A DNA stretch of 62,686 bases, counting the filler, from Chiloscyllium plagiosum (lineage: Eukaryota), in the NCBI RefSeq assembly GCF_004010195.1. It is 3 parts of one record of this genome, joined end to end, with 100 filler letters (N's around TTAATTAATTAA, not from the genome) between each part and the next. Parts side by side here need not be neighbours in the genome. Positions count along the whole stretch, not along the records: positions 45,966 to 62,686 come from NC_057713.1; 2 more parts are not named here. The stretch is one strand, 5' to 3'. The number at the start of each line of letters is the position of its first letter. Position 1 is the stretch's first letter. The notes under the pieces are model-generated. The model did no database searches. It saw nothing but the letters and a program-made list of their open reading frames with translations, and had not been told where the DNA came from. Shown here one piece after another: positions 48,629-62,287 of the stretch. Both the position numbers and the translations under genes were made by a program.

Positions 48629-50654
48629 TCAAGGTTTTAGTAATCTAGCTCAATATCTCATGTAGCTCGGGGACATATTTGGTTTTAAAAATCTCTTGTG
48701 TGAATATTTCATTACACTTTATGTGCAATATATGTAATTGTTGAAGTCGTTATTTTAAAATTCTTTGCAGTCTTGGCCCTCCATTTTCAGAAGGAAAAAT
48801 CAGTAAAACTAGAGAAGAAAACAATTTCTCCAATTTGTTAAGTATATTTCAAAATGCACGTCCAATATAACAAGTGCACTTATTTCTGAGTATTTTTTTA
48901 AGCTCGTTTTTCTTCTGGGCATCGCTGTAATCTGCTTTAGCCCTAACATTGTCTGTGATACCTCAGGGTCTCTAGCCTGACGAGCATCCTTGATTTTAAA
49001 TTGTTCCACCATTAAAACCTGTACCTTCAACAACCTAGGTCCTGGGTATTGGATTTCTCTCTCAATCTCTTATGAACTATCAAAATCACACAGAATATAT
49101 GTTTCTGTATATCTAACATTATAATCTTGAATTTTGTTTCTAAGCAGGTATTTATCCAACTAATTTTCCAAATTGTTATTCAATGCAGCATTATCTGCTC
49201 CTGCAAAGATTTCTTTTTGAAAGCTCCTAAAAAAATCTAATCTTCCATCTTGCTTGAGGCTTATTAATTCTTTTTACTAAATCCCTTGTTGTCACTTCAC
49301 AGTTTAAGATAAATGGCTTTCTTATATCTTTATTATCTTTGCATCTCAGCATTTTAAAAATCTGAATCACATCTTCCCTCAACCTTGTTTCCTGCTGTGA
49401 AAATTAGTTCTGTTCTGGAATTCTCTCTTCATGATCAACCCTAATTCCCACCAGAATGAGGTTATCTGTCTGCACTCTTTTCCAGGAGCACTTTAATGAC
49501 TTTTCATAGGCAAGGTACACAAACCCGAACACAATATTCTAAATGTGGCCTCACTGCAGGCTACGTAAAGTCAGTATCACTGGCTTCAATTTAAACTAAA
49601 TATCTTGAGAATTATTTTGGTACTTAATTGAACTCATAGTTGAGAGAATCATGTTGACTGGAGGAATAGTTAGTAATCACACAGACATCTTCTCGTCCGA
49701 TTTAGCATGTTTTATGTTCTTTATTTTAGTGTACAGTTCATTTACTCTTATTAAAGATACATTTATGTAATAGACCAGAAATTGATTATTATGCATTTTA
49801 TATTTTCCATGGGCACATATTTTATTGCTATTACACATTTTCTATTCTGCATAATGTACACCTTGTTTGGTTATGATCAGTATAAAGAGCAGGACAACAG
49901 ACTACGATGATGAAAGGTCATTGACTTGGAATATTGGTCAGGATTTTCTGAAGGTTCCAAACTCAGAATTCGACCCTGGAGAGCTGCTGGGCCCAAGCAG
50001 ACCAGCAGCAGCTCACTAGCCTCAGCAGTGCCACTGAAAATGGAGTTCACTTGGGAGTCACGTAGGATGCCTGGGGACTACAGCAGACAAAAAACAAGAT
50101 TTGAAATAATCAAAAGGCCTGTTGTTGGAGTTGAAATCACTGGGGCCCTAAAGGCTGCTTTCTGTTTCTTGGTTGCGTAGTTACATAAACCCTTCAGCCC
50201 TCTGAGCGAATGCTGGGAGGCTCCTCATGCAAAGGCGAGTCAAACTGCTGACAGAAAGCTGCCAACCCCATCATTAAAGGTGGGGAGGAGGTACGAGCTG
50301 GTAAAAGTCTTCCTGTTAATTCTGTTTCTCCATCCATAGTCGACACCTGAGCTATTAAATATATCCAGACATTTTTCTTGTATAATTACACTAATTTTGA
50401 TGTCATGCAGTTGGTGGGATTCTTGCTCTTTAGTTGTGTGTTCTGTGGCCTATTCCATTGGCAGGGCTTTAGGGGCCCAATGGACATGGGAACAGAGGAG
50501 GAGGAAATAGCACCACTAGCAGGCATACCAGTTTTATGTTGTCATTCCAGTCACTGGTGATTTTACTTGGGCTGAGAGGAAGTAGGCACTTAAAATTTGT
50601 CTGCAGAATCAGGAAAATTAATCCTGTTAACAAGTTCATTGAGGCCTTGTTAAA

Positions 50655-50925
50655 GAATCATAGAGTCATAGTGATGTACAGCACAGGAACAGACCCTTCG
50701 GTCCAAACCGTCCATGCTGACCAGATATCCTAACCTAATCTAGTACCATTTGCCAGCACTTGGCCCATATCCCTCCCAAGCCATCCAGATGCCTTTTAAA
50801 TGCTGTAATTATCCCAGCCTCCATTACTTCACCAAGCAGCTCATTCTATACACACACCACTCTCTGTATGTAAAAGTTGCCCCTTAGGTCCCTTTTAATG
50901 TTTTCCCTCTCACCCTAAACCTAAC
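50655..50925 (-). mobile_element. CR1 LINE 3' end
   Basis: agaatcatagagtcatag tail and cagacccttcggtccaa...ccccttaggtc, as in the other copies. Confidence 0.85.
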
Positions 50926-51399
50926 ACAGGTGTGTACAGACAACAGGGAGGCTGCTCCATGGGAACATGGACAATACAGACAGTCAGCAGCCTCTTTGTA
51001 TCAAGAGTCCCTAAGTAGAAAGTGTTCAGCTTTCAGCATTATCATGAATGCAGCCATGAAGAAGACTGGGGATGGGATTACAATTCTTAAATACTGGCTC
51101 CAATGGCAATGAGGATCCACATTCCTTGTAACTGAGGCAGGGCCATGGGCAGAGGAGAGGTTCAAAGGACTGGAACGCAATATAAGCTGTAGTCTCAGCT
51201 GAGGATCTACTGCAGAAAAAGGACATGTCAGAAAACCAGTGCCACAAGTGTTTGTACCTATGCAGGCCAGTCATCATAGTTTTCTCATCACTGAAGACCT
51301 TACATTTTGCAGTACTGTCTGCCAAGTAGCCATCAATATCGATGCGGCCTTGATCATCTTTGACTTTGACTCTGAATGTGGATCTTGGTGGTCTCTTGA

Positions 51400-52980
51400 G
51401 AGCTCCCAATTAAAGAGCACCTTCAAAATTTCTTCCAAATGTTATTGTTTCAAATGCTTGTCTTTTGGCATCACATCTGTACTCAAGATTTTCCAGTGGA
51501 CAATGTCCAACATTTCAGAAAATGGGGAAGGCACCTTACGTCACATGGGTGCCATTCTTACCCATGGCTCCCCCGAAGTTCAAGATGATAACAGAGTAAG
51601 GACAGTCTTCAGAAAGTTACAGGATGATGAGTTGTGATTTACTGACAAGTATGAATTTACAAAGCCAATTATTATATTTTTGGTTGCCATTGTTTAGGCA
51701 CCAGGGATCACAGCAAACTTGGAGAAGACAGAACTATCAAGATATTTCCAACAGTTTACAGAAATTGTGAACCAGTTAGGAAAATTCTTAATCTGTGAAA
51801 ACCGTGTTAATAGCCTTTCAGACAACTTTCAAAGTAATATCAAGTGTGGTGTTTGAATAAGCATTAACAGCATTCATTTGATTGAACCCAAGATGAGCTC
51901 ATGTCATCTAAGGCCCTTGCACATTATGATCTGGACCGTCCACTGTAGTAGGAATGGATACATCATCCAAATGTTTGGAAGAAATCTCATTCCAGGTTGA
52001 ACGTGATGGAAGCAGTTGGCCAGTCTACTATGCTTCCAGATCTTTCTCTACCACGGAACAATGTTATGTCATCATTGAGAAAAACACTCACAGGAAGTTG
52101 AACATGCAAGAAATTCTCTGACCTAATGAAGACTCACAGCAAGCCATTGATAAAATGGCTTATTATACACAAAGGGGGACACAAGATCGAGACATTATGG
52201 TTGCAGCTGATGTGGTAAGACATATTCACAGAGTTTGTACACAGAAAGCACTAAACTACTGCTGGCACTTTATCAAATATCCCCATCAACAGCCCAAACA
52301 AGGAAGATGAAATGTTTGTTCAAATAGTCTAGGTCTGTTAACCACTATTAACCTCTCATTATTAGCCAGTCACAAAGAGATTGCAAGAATTTCACGAGGG
52401 TCATTTACTTGATGACGAATGTTTGCAGATCCACATGTTCTGCCTTGAAAGCTAGTCGGAGTATGCATCCTGTTCTGTGCCAGTACTTTTGAACAAGCTA
52501 TCACATTACTATTAATGGCCTTTTAGTCAATAGTGACAGATTGGTGTCAAACGAGCTCTTGATCTGGACACCTTCCAGAAGATCCAGGGAGACATTAGCT
52601 AGCCAGAGAGACTTTGGCTATTTCCAAATGCTGTGTCAGGCTACAACATTCTGTACATTGGTCTGGTATCTCTCATTCCCTCACAGACCTGGTCTCCAAC
52701 TGCACCAATTTGCTGCTTGCAGACAAGAGTCCAAAAACCTCCTTCTTGCCAGTTAGGCTGTAGGAACATATTACATTGCTCCACTCATGTTTCTCATTTT
52801 TAGTCAACAACTGTTCCTGAAGAATCAATGTTGAGAAGCTCAAATCAATGCACCTCACGGATTGTAATAGTCTCTTTGAAGATCACATTGCCAACACATG
52901 GAATCCCAAATATATTTGTCTCTGACAATGGGCCACAATTTATCAGTGATTGTTTCCAATCCTTTTCAGCCTGCTCTGAA
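51400..52980 (+). mobile_element. Decayed Gypsy/Ty3 pol (RT, RNase H, integrase)
   Basis: YCFKCLSFGITSVLKIFQWTMSNI (RT, LPFG...FQR), WPVYYASRSFSTTEQCYVIIEK (RNase H) and HGIPNIFVSDNGPQF (integrase) occur in Gypsy order, with many stops and frameshifts. Confidence 0.85.
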
Positions 52981-53859
52981 TAGCACATAACATTGTTCAA
53001 AGGAATAGGGGTGCCTTGATTTAATTAAAACAGAAGGCAAGTAACAGATGGTATGCACACCCTGATCCTAACTGTGACAACACAGCCACTATTGTCTGAG
53101 ATAAAGGGCTGAAGATGCTCAGAGAGCAATTTGACAAGCACCCACCTCCCAGAACCTCAAAAGGAACTCAGTACAAACTCAGGGGGATTGGTGAAACCAT
53201 CTGGCAAATTTACTCTGTAAAGCATACAGATTTCAGGATGGGGCAGTGAAGGTGAGAGGGATATGGATTTAGATTAAATGGTCGATGGGGCAACTATTTA
53301 AGGGGCGATGCAGACTAAGGATTAACTAAACATTTATTCTATTAATAACTATTTAGCACATGCATGCAGATGGAGCTGTAATAGTTATGTCACGACAAGT
53401 GGAAATTACCTGTCCTCTCTTACAATCTCTTGTTAAGTTTTATAAAGTCTATAATGTTCACCAAATCAATTGTAGACCTGACAACAGCATGAGAAGGGCC
53501 TCAAATTAAGCATTGAAGTGAGGGGCAACATTGAGCTAGGTGTTAGGTCTCTGTCTCTTTTTGCTCCCTGACTCCTATATTTTTCCTTTTAAAATGGCAG
53601 CCACAAAAAGGGTTTCCATGGTGCTTTAAATGGGACCCATACTTGCAGAGTCTGTCTCCGTTATGCAGTACTGTTGCTAATTGGTCTTCAAATCTACCTT
53701 CCCTAAATTAGCAATTCTCCTCCATGAAAACAATGGACTGAGACTCCCTCCACTCAACAACCAGAAACTGCCCAAACATAAATAATCCAATCTGAGAGGG
53801 AAAATTCAATCCGAGACCTAGGCATAGAAATAACAACTGACAAGTGCAGTGCCAATCAA

Positions 53860-54100
53860 TTTCAGATGACTTGTAAAATATCTCATGCCACCATTCAAAC
53901 AGCAGTAAAGAGTTCTGATTGGTTCCTGGCCAATATTTATTCCTCAATCAACATCCTAAAAATAGATAATTTGGTTATCATATTTCTGAGAATTTGCTAT
54001 GTGAAAATTGACTACAATATTTCCAATATCACACTTCAAAAGCTTGAAAAAGATGTTTGCTTGCTGAGGTCATGAAGATGCTATATAAGTAAAAGTCTTT
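53860..54100 (+). mobile_element. DeuSINE-like old SINE
   Basis: tcctggccaatatttattcctcaatcaacatcc...acacttcaaaa...tgaggtcatgaagatgctatataagtaaaagtctt. Confidence 0.6.
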
Positions 54101-54319
54101 ATCATGTTATACTAGAGATTCAAATGCAGACATCATCAGCTTCCCCGTCTACAATATATGTGGAATTCCATGAAGTACACTTATTTCCTGAAATGCCAAC
54201 ACACACTGCTGTGGGCAAAACATCCTGCTATGAGTGTGATTTGGTAGAATCTACTGTTCTGCTATTAAAAACACCTTAGCATGCAATGGATACAAGTGGC
54301 CAATTGGCTGGCTCTGTGA

Positions 54320-54399
54320 CTCATCAGACTACACTATCATCCAGATATGCAGCTCATCAGACTACACTATCATCCAGATATGCAGCTCATCCAGATATG
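54320..54399. repeat. Perfect 33-bp tandem duplication plus partial third unit
   Basis: ctcatcagactacactatcatccagatatgcag x2, then ctcatccagatatg. Confidence 0.9.
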
Positions 54400-55387
54400 T
54401 GCAAAAAATTCTGAACTTTAAGTCAAGCCTTTCAGGAATTTGCCACTCTTCTCAGGAGCTGATTCTTAGGAGAATTCTTGACATGCTGCATTATCCCAAA
54501 TATTCTGTAAGATGATTGATTACTAATTCAATAACTAGCTTGTTGTTTTCTCATTCACTCTGGTAAGTTGGAATGCTCCACATTAAATTAATTTTTAGAA
54601 GAGAAAATTATTGAATTATTGTTTGTGAAACGGTGTTCAAATAGGTATTTAAAGGGGTATGGATGTCAGTGTGATAATTACTGGGGCTATATGTAGAAAA
54701 TCTATACCTTGGTTATGTAAAACCTGGTGTACTGAGACCACAGAGAAAAACTGGATGATGACGCTAAAAGCATTAGGGCTGAAGTCACTGTCGTTTCTGC
54801 TGACAATTATATAATAAGGTTACCATTACATAAGCTATCCAGTGTCATGATCATGTATCATGCTAATTCTATTCTTTTTGAATCTTGTGAAAAGAGTTTG
54901 CAACTGCAATATCAAAAGAAAAGATCCAAGTTTCATAAAAAAATAACCTTTAATTGGGGTTTATATAACATATTGCTCATTCATCCTGGGACCTGAATTT
55001 GGTATCAGGCCAGACAATTAGAATGGAAACCTTCTGTCTGTTGATTATGTGGATCATGAGTAAAATAAACTTCTAAAGGTCTCAGACTGGGTTCTACTTA
55101 GTCCATATGCTGCAGGAAAATGTTCTCAACTTGCTGCTAATTGGTACGAGGTCAGCATTGCTAACACCTACAGTTTGGCAAAGGATAGTGTGATGCTGTG
55201 CTTCAATCTTTCCTATTTGGGCTCTCACTAGTGCACATTGTCAAGGGCCATTCCACGGAAAATACCATGTTGGCTATGAACTGAAACAATCTAAGAGAAA
55301 GCTTCCCCAGTAAACAATAATCCTTATTTAGAAACAGTCCTCTGGAAAAATACAAAATATCTCATCTCGAATTATTGAAAACCATGT

Positions 55388-56380
55388 CGAGTCATAGAGT
55401 CATACAGCATGGAAACAAACTCTTCAGTCCAACTCATTCATATCAACCAGATATCCCAATCTGATTTAGTCCCATTTGCCAGTATTTGTCCCATATTTCT
55501 CTAAACTCTTCCTGGTCACATACCTATTTCAAGGAACTATGCACTTGCATCCTTTGTTCAGCAATAGTCTCAGGACCCTACTATTAACTGAATAGGTCCT
55601 GCCCTGATTTGCCTTACCAAAATGCAATACTTCTAAATTAAACTCCACCAGCTACTCCACAGCCCATTGACCCATTTGATTAAAGTCCTCTTGTACTCTG
55701 AGATGATTTTCTTCACTATCCAGCACACCAAATATTTTGGTGTCATCTGAAAACTTACTACCCATATCTCCTATGTTCACATCCAAATCATTTATATAAA
55801 CGATGAAAAGCAGTGGACCCAGCACTGATCCTTAAGGCATACCACTGGTTCTAGGCCTCAAGTCTGAAAAACCACCACCCTCTGTCTCCTACCTTCAAGC
55901 CAATTTTGAATCCAATTGGCTAGCTCCCATGGATGCCATGTGATCTAACCTTACAAATCATCTACCATGCAGAACCTTGTTGAACACTTTGCTGAAGCCC
56001 ATATAGACAATATCTACTACAGTCTTCATCAATCTTCTTTGCCACCTCTTCAAAAAAATTCAGTCAAGTTATTGAGATATTATTTCCTTTGTATAAAGCC
56101 ATGCTGACTATCCTTAATCACTCCTTGCCTTTCCAAATGCATGTAAATCCTGTCCCTCAGAATCCCCTCCAACAACTTACCCACCCCCCGACATAAAGCT
56201 CACCAGTCTATAGTTTCCTGGCTTTTGCTTACAGCCTTTCTTATAATGGCACCACATTAGCCAACCTCCAGTTTTCCAAAATCTTACTTGTGGCGATTGA
56301 TGATACAAATATCTCAGCAAGAGGCCCAGCAATCTCTTCCCTAGTTTCCCACAGGTTCTGGGAAACAGCTGACCTGGTAT
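55388..56380 (-). mobile_element. CR1 LINE RT fragment with internal deletion
   Basis: KKGCKQKPGNYRLVS motif; gtggacccagcactgatcc (reverse complement of GSVLGP); 3' tail at 55388. Confidence 0.85.
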
Positions 56381-57540
56381 ATTATGGATTAAGTTATGAA
56401 ACAACTAAGAAGTGAGAAAAATTAAATTTCCAGATTATTTATCTTCACTTAAAATGACATTAAAATACAGCAGCTTTTTTGAAAATAACACAGGGGAGAA
56501 ATTGGATCCAGATAGAAACCATTTTTGAAATCCCTCAGATGGAGGCAGCACATAAACTTCATGCCAGCTACTAATTTAAATGATTGTTTCAGAGTGTTAG
56601 GTGGCTGCTGAAAGTCTCTATCCCTTAGAAAGTATTTGTGCAAGCAAGCATCACTTAGAACTAAAATAAATATAAAGAACATTTTGGAAATTTGAAATAA
56701 AAACAGACGTACTGGAGAAACAACAGGTCTGGCAGCATCTGTGGAGAGAAAAGAGAGTTAACATTTTGAGTCCAATGAAAAATAACTACCAAGGTGATGA
56801 ATTAGTAGTCCTCCATGTTGAACAACACTTGGATGAAGCACTAACAGTGGCAAGAGTATAGAATGTACTCTGGGTGAGAGATTTCAATGTGCACCATCTA
56901 GAATAGGTCAACAGCAATACTGATCGAGCTGGTCAGGTTCTAAAGGACGTTACTGCTAGACTGGGTCTGTGGCATGTGATGAGGGGACCAACAAGAGGGA
57001 AAAACATATTTGACCTCATTTTTACCTATCTACCAGCTGCAGATGCTTTTGCCCATTATTGTATCAGTAAGAGTGATCATTGCACAGTCATTGTGGAGAC
57101 AAAGTCCTGTGGTACAATAAATGGGACAGACCTCAAGCAGATTAGCAACTCCATGAGGTGTTGTGGGCCATTACCAGCAGCAGAATTATACTCCAACACA
57201 ATCTGTAACTTTATGGCCTGATATATTCCCCATTCAACCATTACAATCAAGACAAGGGATTAACACTGGTTTAATGGAGAGTGCACAATGGCAAGTCAGG
57301 AGCATACCGAAAAATGAAATGTCAACCTGGTGAAGTTACCAAACAGAACTACTTATATGCGAATAGCATAAACAGCAAGTGATAGAGTGAAGTGATCCCA
57401 TCATAATCAAATGAGATCTAAGCTCTGCAGTTGTGAATGAATTTGGACAATTAAGCGACTCACTGGAGAAAGAGGCTCCACAAATATCTCCATCCTCAAT
57501 GATGGAAGAGCTCAGCAGCACATCAGTGCAAAGGATAAGG

Positions 57541-57875
57541 GGTGACACGGTGGCTCAGTGTTTAGCAGTGCTGTCTCACAGCCCAGGGACCCAGGTTCAA
57601 TTTCACCCTTGGGTAACTGTCTGGATGGAGTTTGCACAGTTTCCCTATGTCTGTGTGGGTTTTCTCCCACAGTCCAAAGATGTGCTGTTTAGGTGGACTT
57701 GCCACGCTAAATTGCTCATATTGTCCAGTGATGTGCAAACTAGGTGGATTAACCATGGCAAATGCATGGTTACAGGGATAGAAGAATGGGTCTGAGAGGG
57801 ATACATTTCGGGGAGGGTGATGTGGACTCGATGGGCCGAATGCTCTGCTTATCGACTGTAGGGATTCTATGATCT
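57541..57875 (+). mobile_element. HE1-type SINE with 6-bp TSD inside an older LINE fragment (about 56790-57960)
   Basis: TSD ataagg at 57535-57540 and 57876-57881. Host LINE reads PTRGKNIFDLIFT...SDHCTVIVE (APE endonuclease C-terminus). Confidence 0.85.
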
Positions 57876-58544
57876 ATAAGGCTGAAGAATTCACAACAAT
57901 CTTCAGCCAGAAGTACTAAATGGATGATCCATCTCAGCCTCCTCCAATGGTCCCTAGCATAACGTATGTTAGAAGGATGATACCGTCACTTCAGAAGTTA
58001 TGTCCCGAGGAGGGATTGTACAAATTAGGCCTGTTTTCTCTTGAATTTAGAAGATTAAGTGGTGGTCTGTTCAAAGTCTTCAGCTACTTCCCCTTTATGC
58101 GTGCACATTAACCAGCAGTTTTATTTCCCAGGACTAAATGTTTACTGAAGCTAAGTATAGATCATTGTCTGAGGTAGAAATTACTGAAAGAAAGTTTGGG
58201 AATGAAGAGTGATAGGGAGTAGCGGACAAAGGGATAAGGATTGATTTTATGCTGATAAGAGGATAAATCCTGTGATTGCTGATCAAAGTGAGAGGTGGAG
58301 AGTGAACCGCAATGATGGTTTGAGCAATTGTTTCCAGCCATCTATATAATGAGAGGTGGGAAATGCGTGACCTTGAAACACAAACTGCTCAATGTGTGGG
58401 AGAGCATGGTGGCCTTCTTACTCTCTGCTCAGTGTTGTGGAGGGAGGATAACTATTATATACTCCATGACGTTAGATTTATCAAGCGTCCCCTGATTGTC
58501 CAGGATTCTGGGGATAGAATATTAATTTCCTAGGCTCAAGATGT

Positions 58545-59437
58545 AGTGGACAGTGAAGATGGTTACCTCAGAGTACAATGGGATCTTGATCAGATGGGTC
58601 AATGGTCCAAGGAGCCGCAGATGGAACTTATCCTAGATAAATTGCAGTGCTGCATTTTGGAAAGGCAAATCAAGGCAAGACTTTTACACTTAATGGTAAG
58701 GTCCTGGGGAGTGTAGCTGAACAAAGAGACCTCAGAGTGCAGGTTCATTATTCCGTGAAAGTGGAGTCACAAGTGTACAGGATAGTGAAGAAGGTATTTG
58801 ATATGCTTTCCTTTATTGGTCAGAGCATTGAGTGTAGGAATTGGGAGGTCATGTTGTAGCTGTACAGGACATTGATTAGGCCACTTTTGAAATATTGTGT
58901 ACAATTCTGGTCTCCCTTCTATTAGAAGGTTGTTGTGAAACATGAAAGGGTTCAGAAAAGATTTACAAGGATGTTGCCAGGGTTGGAGGATTTGAGCTGT
59001 AGGGAGATGCTGAATAAACTGGGTCTGTTTTCCCTGGAGCATTGGAGGCTGAGGGGTGACATTATAGATGTTTATAAAATCTTGAGGGGCATGGATAGGG
59101 TAAATAGACAAGGTCTTTACCCTGGGGTGGGAAAGTTCAGAACTAGACGGCATAGGTTTAGGGCGAGAGGGGAAAAAATTAAAAGGGACCTAAGGGGCAA
59201 CTTTTTCATACAAAGGGCGGTGTGTGTGTGTGTGAAATGAGCTGCTAGATGAAGTGATGGAGCCTGGTACAATTACAACATTTAAAAGGCATTTGGATGG
59301 CTATATGAATAGAAAGTGTTGAGAGGGATATGGGCCAAGTGCTGGCAAATGGGACTAAATTACGCTAGGAATCTAATCAGTATGGATGAATTGGACCGAA
59401 GGGTCCGTTCCCATTCTGTACATCCCTATGACTCTGA
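58545..59437 (+). mobile_element. CR1 LINE 3' portion
   Basis: ORFs 58647-58859 and 58935-59240 (LHFGKANQ...; ERVQKRFTRMLPGL). Confidence 0.92.
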
Positions 59438-59810
59438 AACTTTAAATGCTAAAGCCTGGGGATAAAATCTTTACATATGGTATTTACATGCCTAATAATG
59501 TTTTTTTAAATCTGTGAAGTCTTTACACTGAAGTGCATAGGCCCTTTAATTTTCTTTGCACAACTTCAAGTGTGTGTTAACTCAAGGGAAGCAATTTGTG
59601 TTCACTTATGCAGGAATTTCAAGGTTGCTGCATGTTTATGCAGCTTAGAAAGAATATTGCTGCTTGCAAGAAATATTTCCTGCTCCTCCCTTCCTCTTTC
59701 AGAGTTCTAAAGGGACCTTTCCCTCCCCCATACACTGGTCTACTCCTCAAATATCCTGAAACATCATGCCCATCCCATAGTAACATCCTGTGCAAACCAA
59801 GGGAAGCAAT

Positions 59811-60431
59811 TATTGTGGACCAGTCCAAACCCCTTCAAAATCTGTCAAGGAAATAGGGTAGACCCTACGTTTTTGTTTTATTTTAAAGGCAAATGCCATG
59901 CATTGCATTCTGGGTGAAATTTGATTGGTTAAACTACGGGCTTGAAACAGAATTATGCCCCTTTATTCAAACACTTTAGTTAAAATACAGACAAAATAAA
60001 CATAAAAGAATTGTTTTAACTGTAACTCTATTGAAATACTTAAACTACTTATTAACTGTTCCAGTATACTAACATCCCATAAATACCCTTGGCAAAGGTA
60101 AATTCATTAAAATAAATTTTCATATGCAACTCTTGCAGCAGATAGAGTACCAAAGCTTTTAGCTGTAAGGGAGAGAGGAAGAAGAGCTTTTATCTCAGCT
60201 TCAAGACCCTAGCAACAGTTACTGGAAGCTGAACTAAAAATCCAATTATATGGAGCTTCACCCCACCCATTCAGGCTGCTTCTATTGTTCCAAATTTAAA
60301 AAAAATCAATGCCTCACAATTTGTTTATATTATTGGCTTGAAGTAGACCAGTCATGTCTCTCTGTCTCAACCTCTCTTAATGAAAGAAAAAGGATAAAAT
60401 ACACTTCTTAAAGCCATAGCATCATTATACA
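59811..60431 (-). mobile_element. Solo LTR family B
   Basis: Minus strand starts tgtataatgatgctatggctttaagaagtg and ends ggactggtccacaata. Homologous to 24768-26288, with a 3' end similar to LTR family A. No clear TSD. Confidence 0.6.
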
Positions 60432-60769
60432 ACATCTTCCCTTTTATTTCTTCCTTTGTATGTCCAGGGCACCAAACACTTCTTCAGCATCAATCAATTA
60501 TTAATTTGCATTGCCTGCTAATGATTTTTAAAATTCATTCATGGATTTATGGTGTTGCTGGTTGAGCCAACATTTATTGCTCATTTCTAGTTTCCCTTGA
60601 GAGGGTCACGGTGAACTGCAATTTATTTGCTATGGGTAGATCCTCAATGACACTGGGAGGGAGGTTGAGAGTGTTGACCCAGCGACACTGAAGAAACAGT
60701 GATATATTTCCAAATCAGGATGATGAGTAGCTTGAAGGGGACTGTGCAGATATTGTGTTCCCATATATC

Positions 60770-61972
60770 AATAGACAATAGGTGCAGGAATAGGCCATTT
60801 GGCGCTTCAAGACAGCACCACCATTCATTATGATCATGGCTAATCATCCACAATCAGTATCCTATTCCTGCCTTATCCCATAACCCTTGATTCCACTATC
60901 TTTAAGAGTTCTCAAGAAAGAGACTTGGCCTCCACTGCCTTCTGGGGCAAAGCATTCCATACACCCACCACTCTCTGGGTGAAGAAGTTTCTCCTCAACT
61001 CTGTTCTAAATGGCCTACACCTTATTTTTAAACTGTGTCATCTGGTTCTGGACTCATCCATCAGCGGAAACATGCTTCCTGCCTCCAGAGTGTCCAATTC
61101 TTTAATAATCTTATAAGTCTCAATCAGATTTCCTAAACACAAGTGTATACAAGCCCAGTCGCTCTAATCTTTCAACATATGATAGTCCCGCCATTCTGGG
61201 AATTGATCTCGTGAACCTACGCTGCACTTCCTCAATAGCCAGAATGTCCTTCCTCAAATTTGGGGACCAAAACTGCACACAGTACTCCAGGTGCGGTCTC
61301 ACCAGGGCCCTGTACAGCTGCAGAAGGACCTCTTTGCTCCTATACTCAATTCCTCTTGTTATGAAGGCTAGCATTCCATTAAACTTCACTGCCTGCTGTA
61401 TCTGCATGCTTGCTTCCATTGACTGATGTACAAGAACACCGAGATCTCATTGTACTTTGCCTTTACATAACTTGACTCCATTTTGATAGTAATCTGCCTT
61501 CCTGTTCTTGCCACCAAAGTGGATGACCATACATTTACCTACATTAAACTGTATCTGCCATGCATCCATCACTTAGCCTGTTCAAGTCACCCTGTATTCT
61601 CATAACATCCTCCTCACGTTTCACCCTGCCACCCAGCTTTGTATCATCAACAAATTTGCTAATATTACTTTTAATGCCTTCATCTATATCATTGATGTAT
61701 ATTGTAAACAGCTGCGGTCCCAGCACTGAACCTTGTGGTACCCCACTGGTCAGCGCCAGCAATTCCGAAAGGGACCCATTTATCACTACTCTTTGCTTCC
61801 TGTCAGTCAGCCAATTTTCAATCCAAGTCAGTACCTTGCCCCCAATACCATGTACGCTAACTTTGCTCACTAATCTCCTATGTGGGACCTTATCAAAGGC
61901 TTTCTGGAAGTCCAGGTACACTACATCCACTGGCTCTCCCTTATCTATCTTCATAGTTACATCCTCAAAAAA
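60770..61972 (-). mobile_element. CR1 LINE RT-to-3' fragment
   Basis: ORF 61544-62083 VDVVYLDFQKAFDKVPH...GVPQGSVLGPQLFTIYINDID...SKFVDDTK; ORF 61120-61419 LVRPHLEYCVQFWSP. Confidence 0.95.
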
Positions 61973-62287
61973 TATCTGCTGCCCTTGTCTACCTGAATGG
62001 TAATGGTCATAGATTTGGAACATGTGGTCGAATAATTCTTGGTGAAATTCTTTCAGATAGTACACACTGCTGCTACTGAGCATTGGTAGTGATAGAACAG
62101 AATATTTGTGTAAGTGATGGCAGTCAAGCAGCCTGCTTGGTCCTGGGTGATGTCACACATCTTGAGTGGAAGCTGCAATCATCCAGGTAAGTGGGGAATA
62201 TGTCCTCACACTCTTGTCTTCTGTCTTGTAGATTGTGGACAAGAGGTGATTTACTTACTGCAGGAGTTCTAACCTCTGACCTGATTT

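Noticed and set aside
51026..51409. 127-aa minus-strand ORF next to the Gypsy remnant
   Set aside because: No recognisable domain; likely a chance open frame in decayed repeat sequence.
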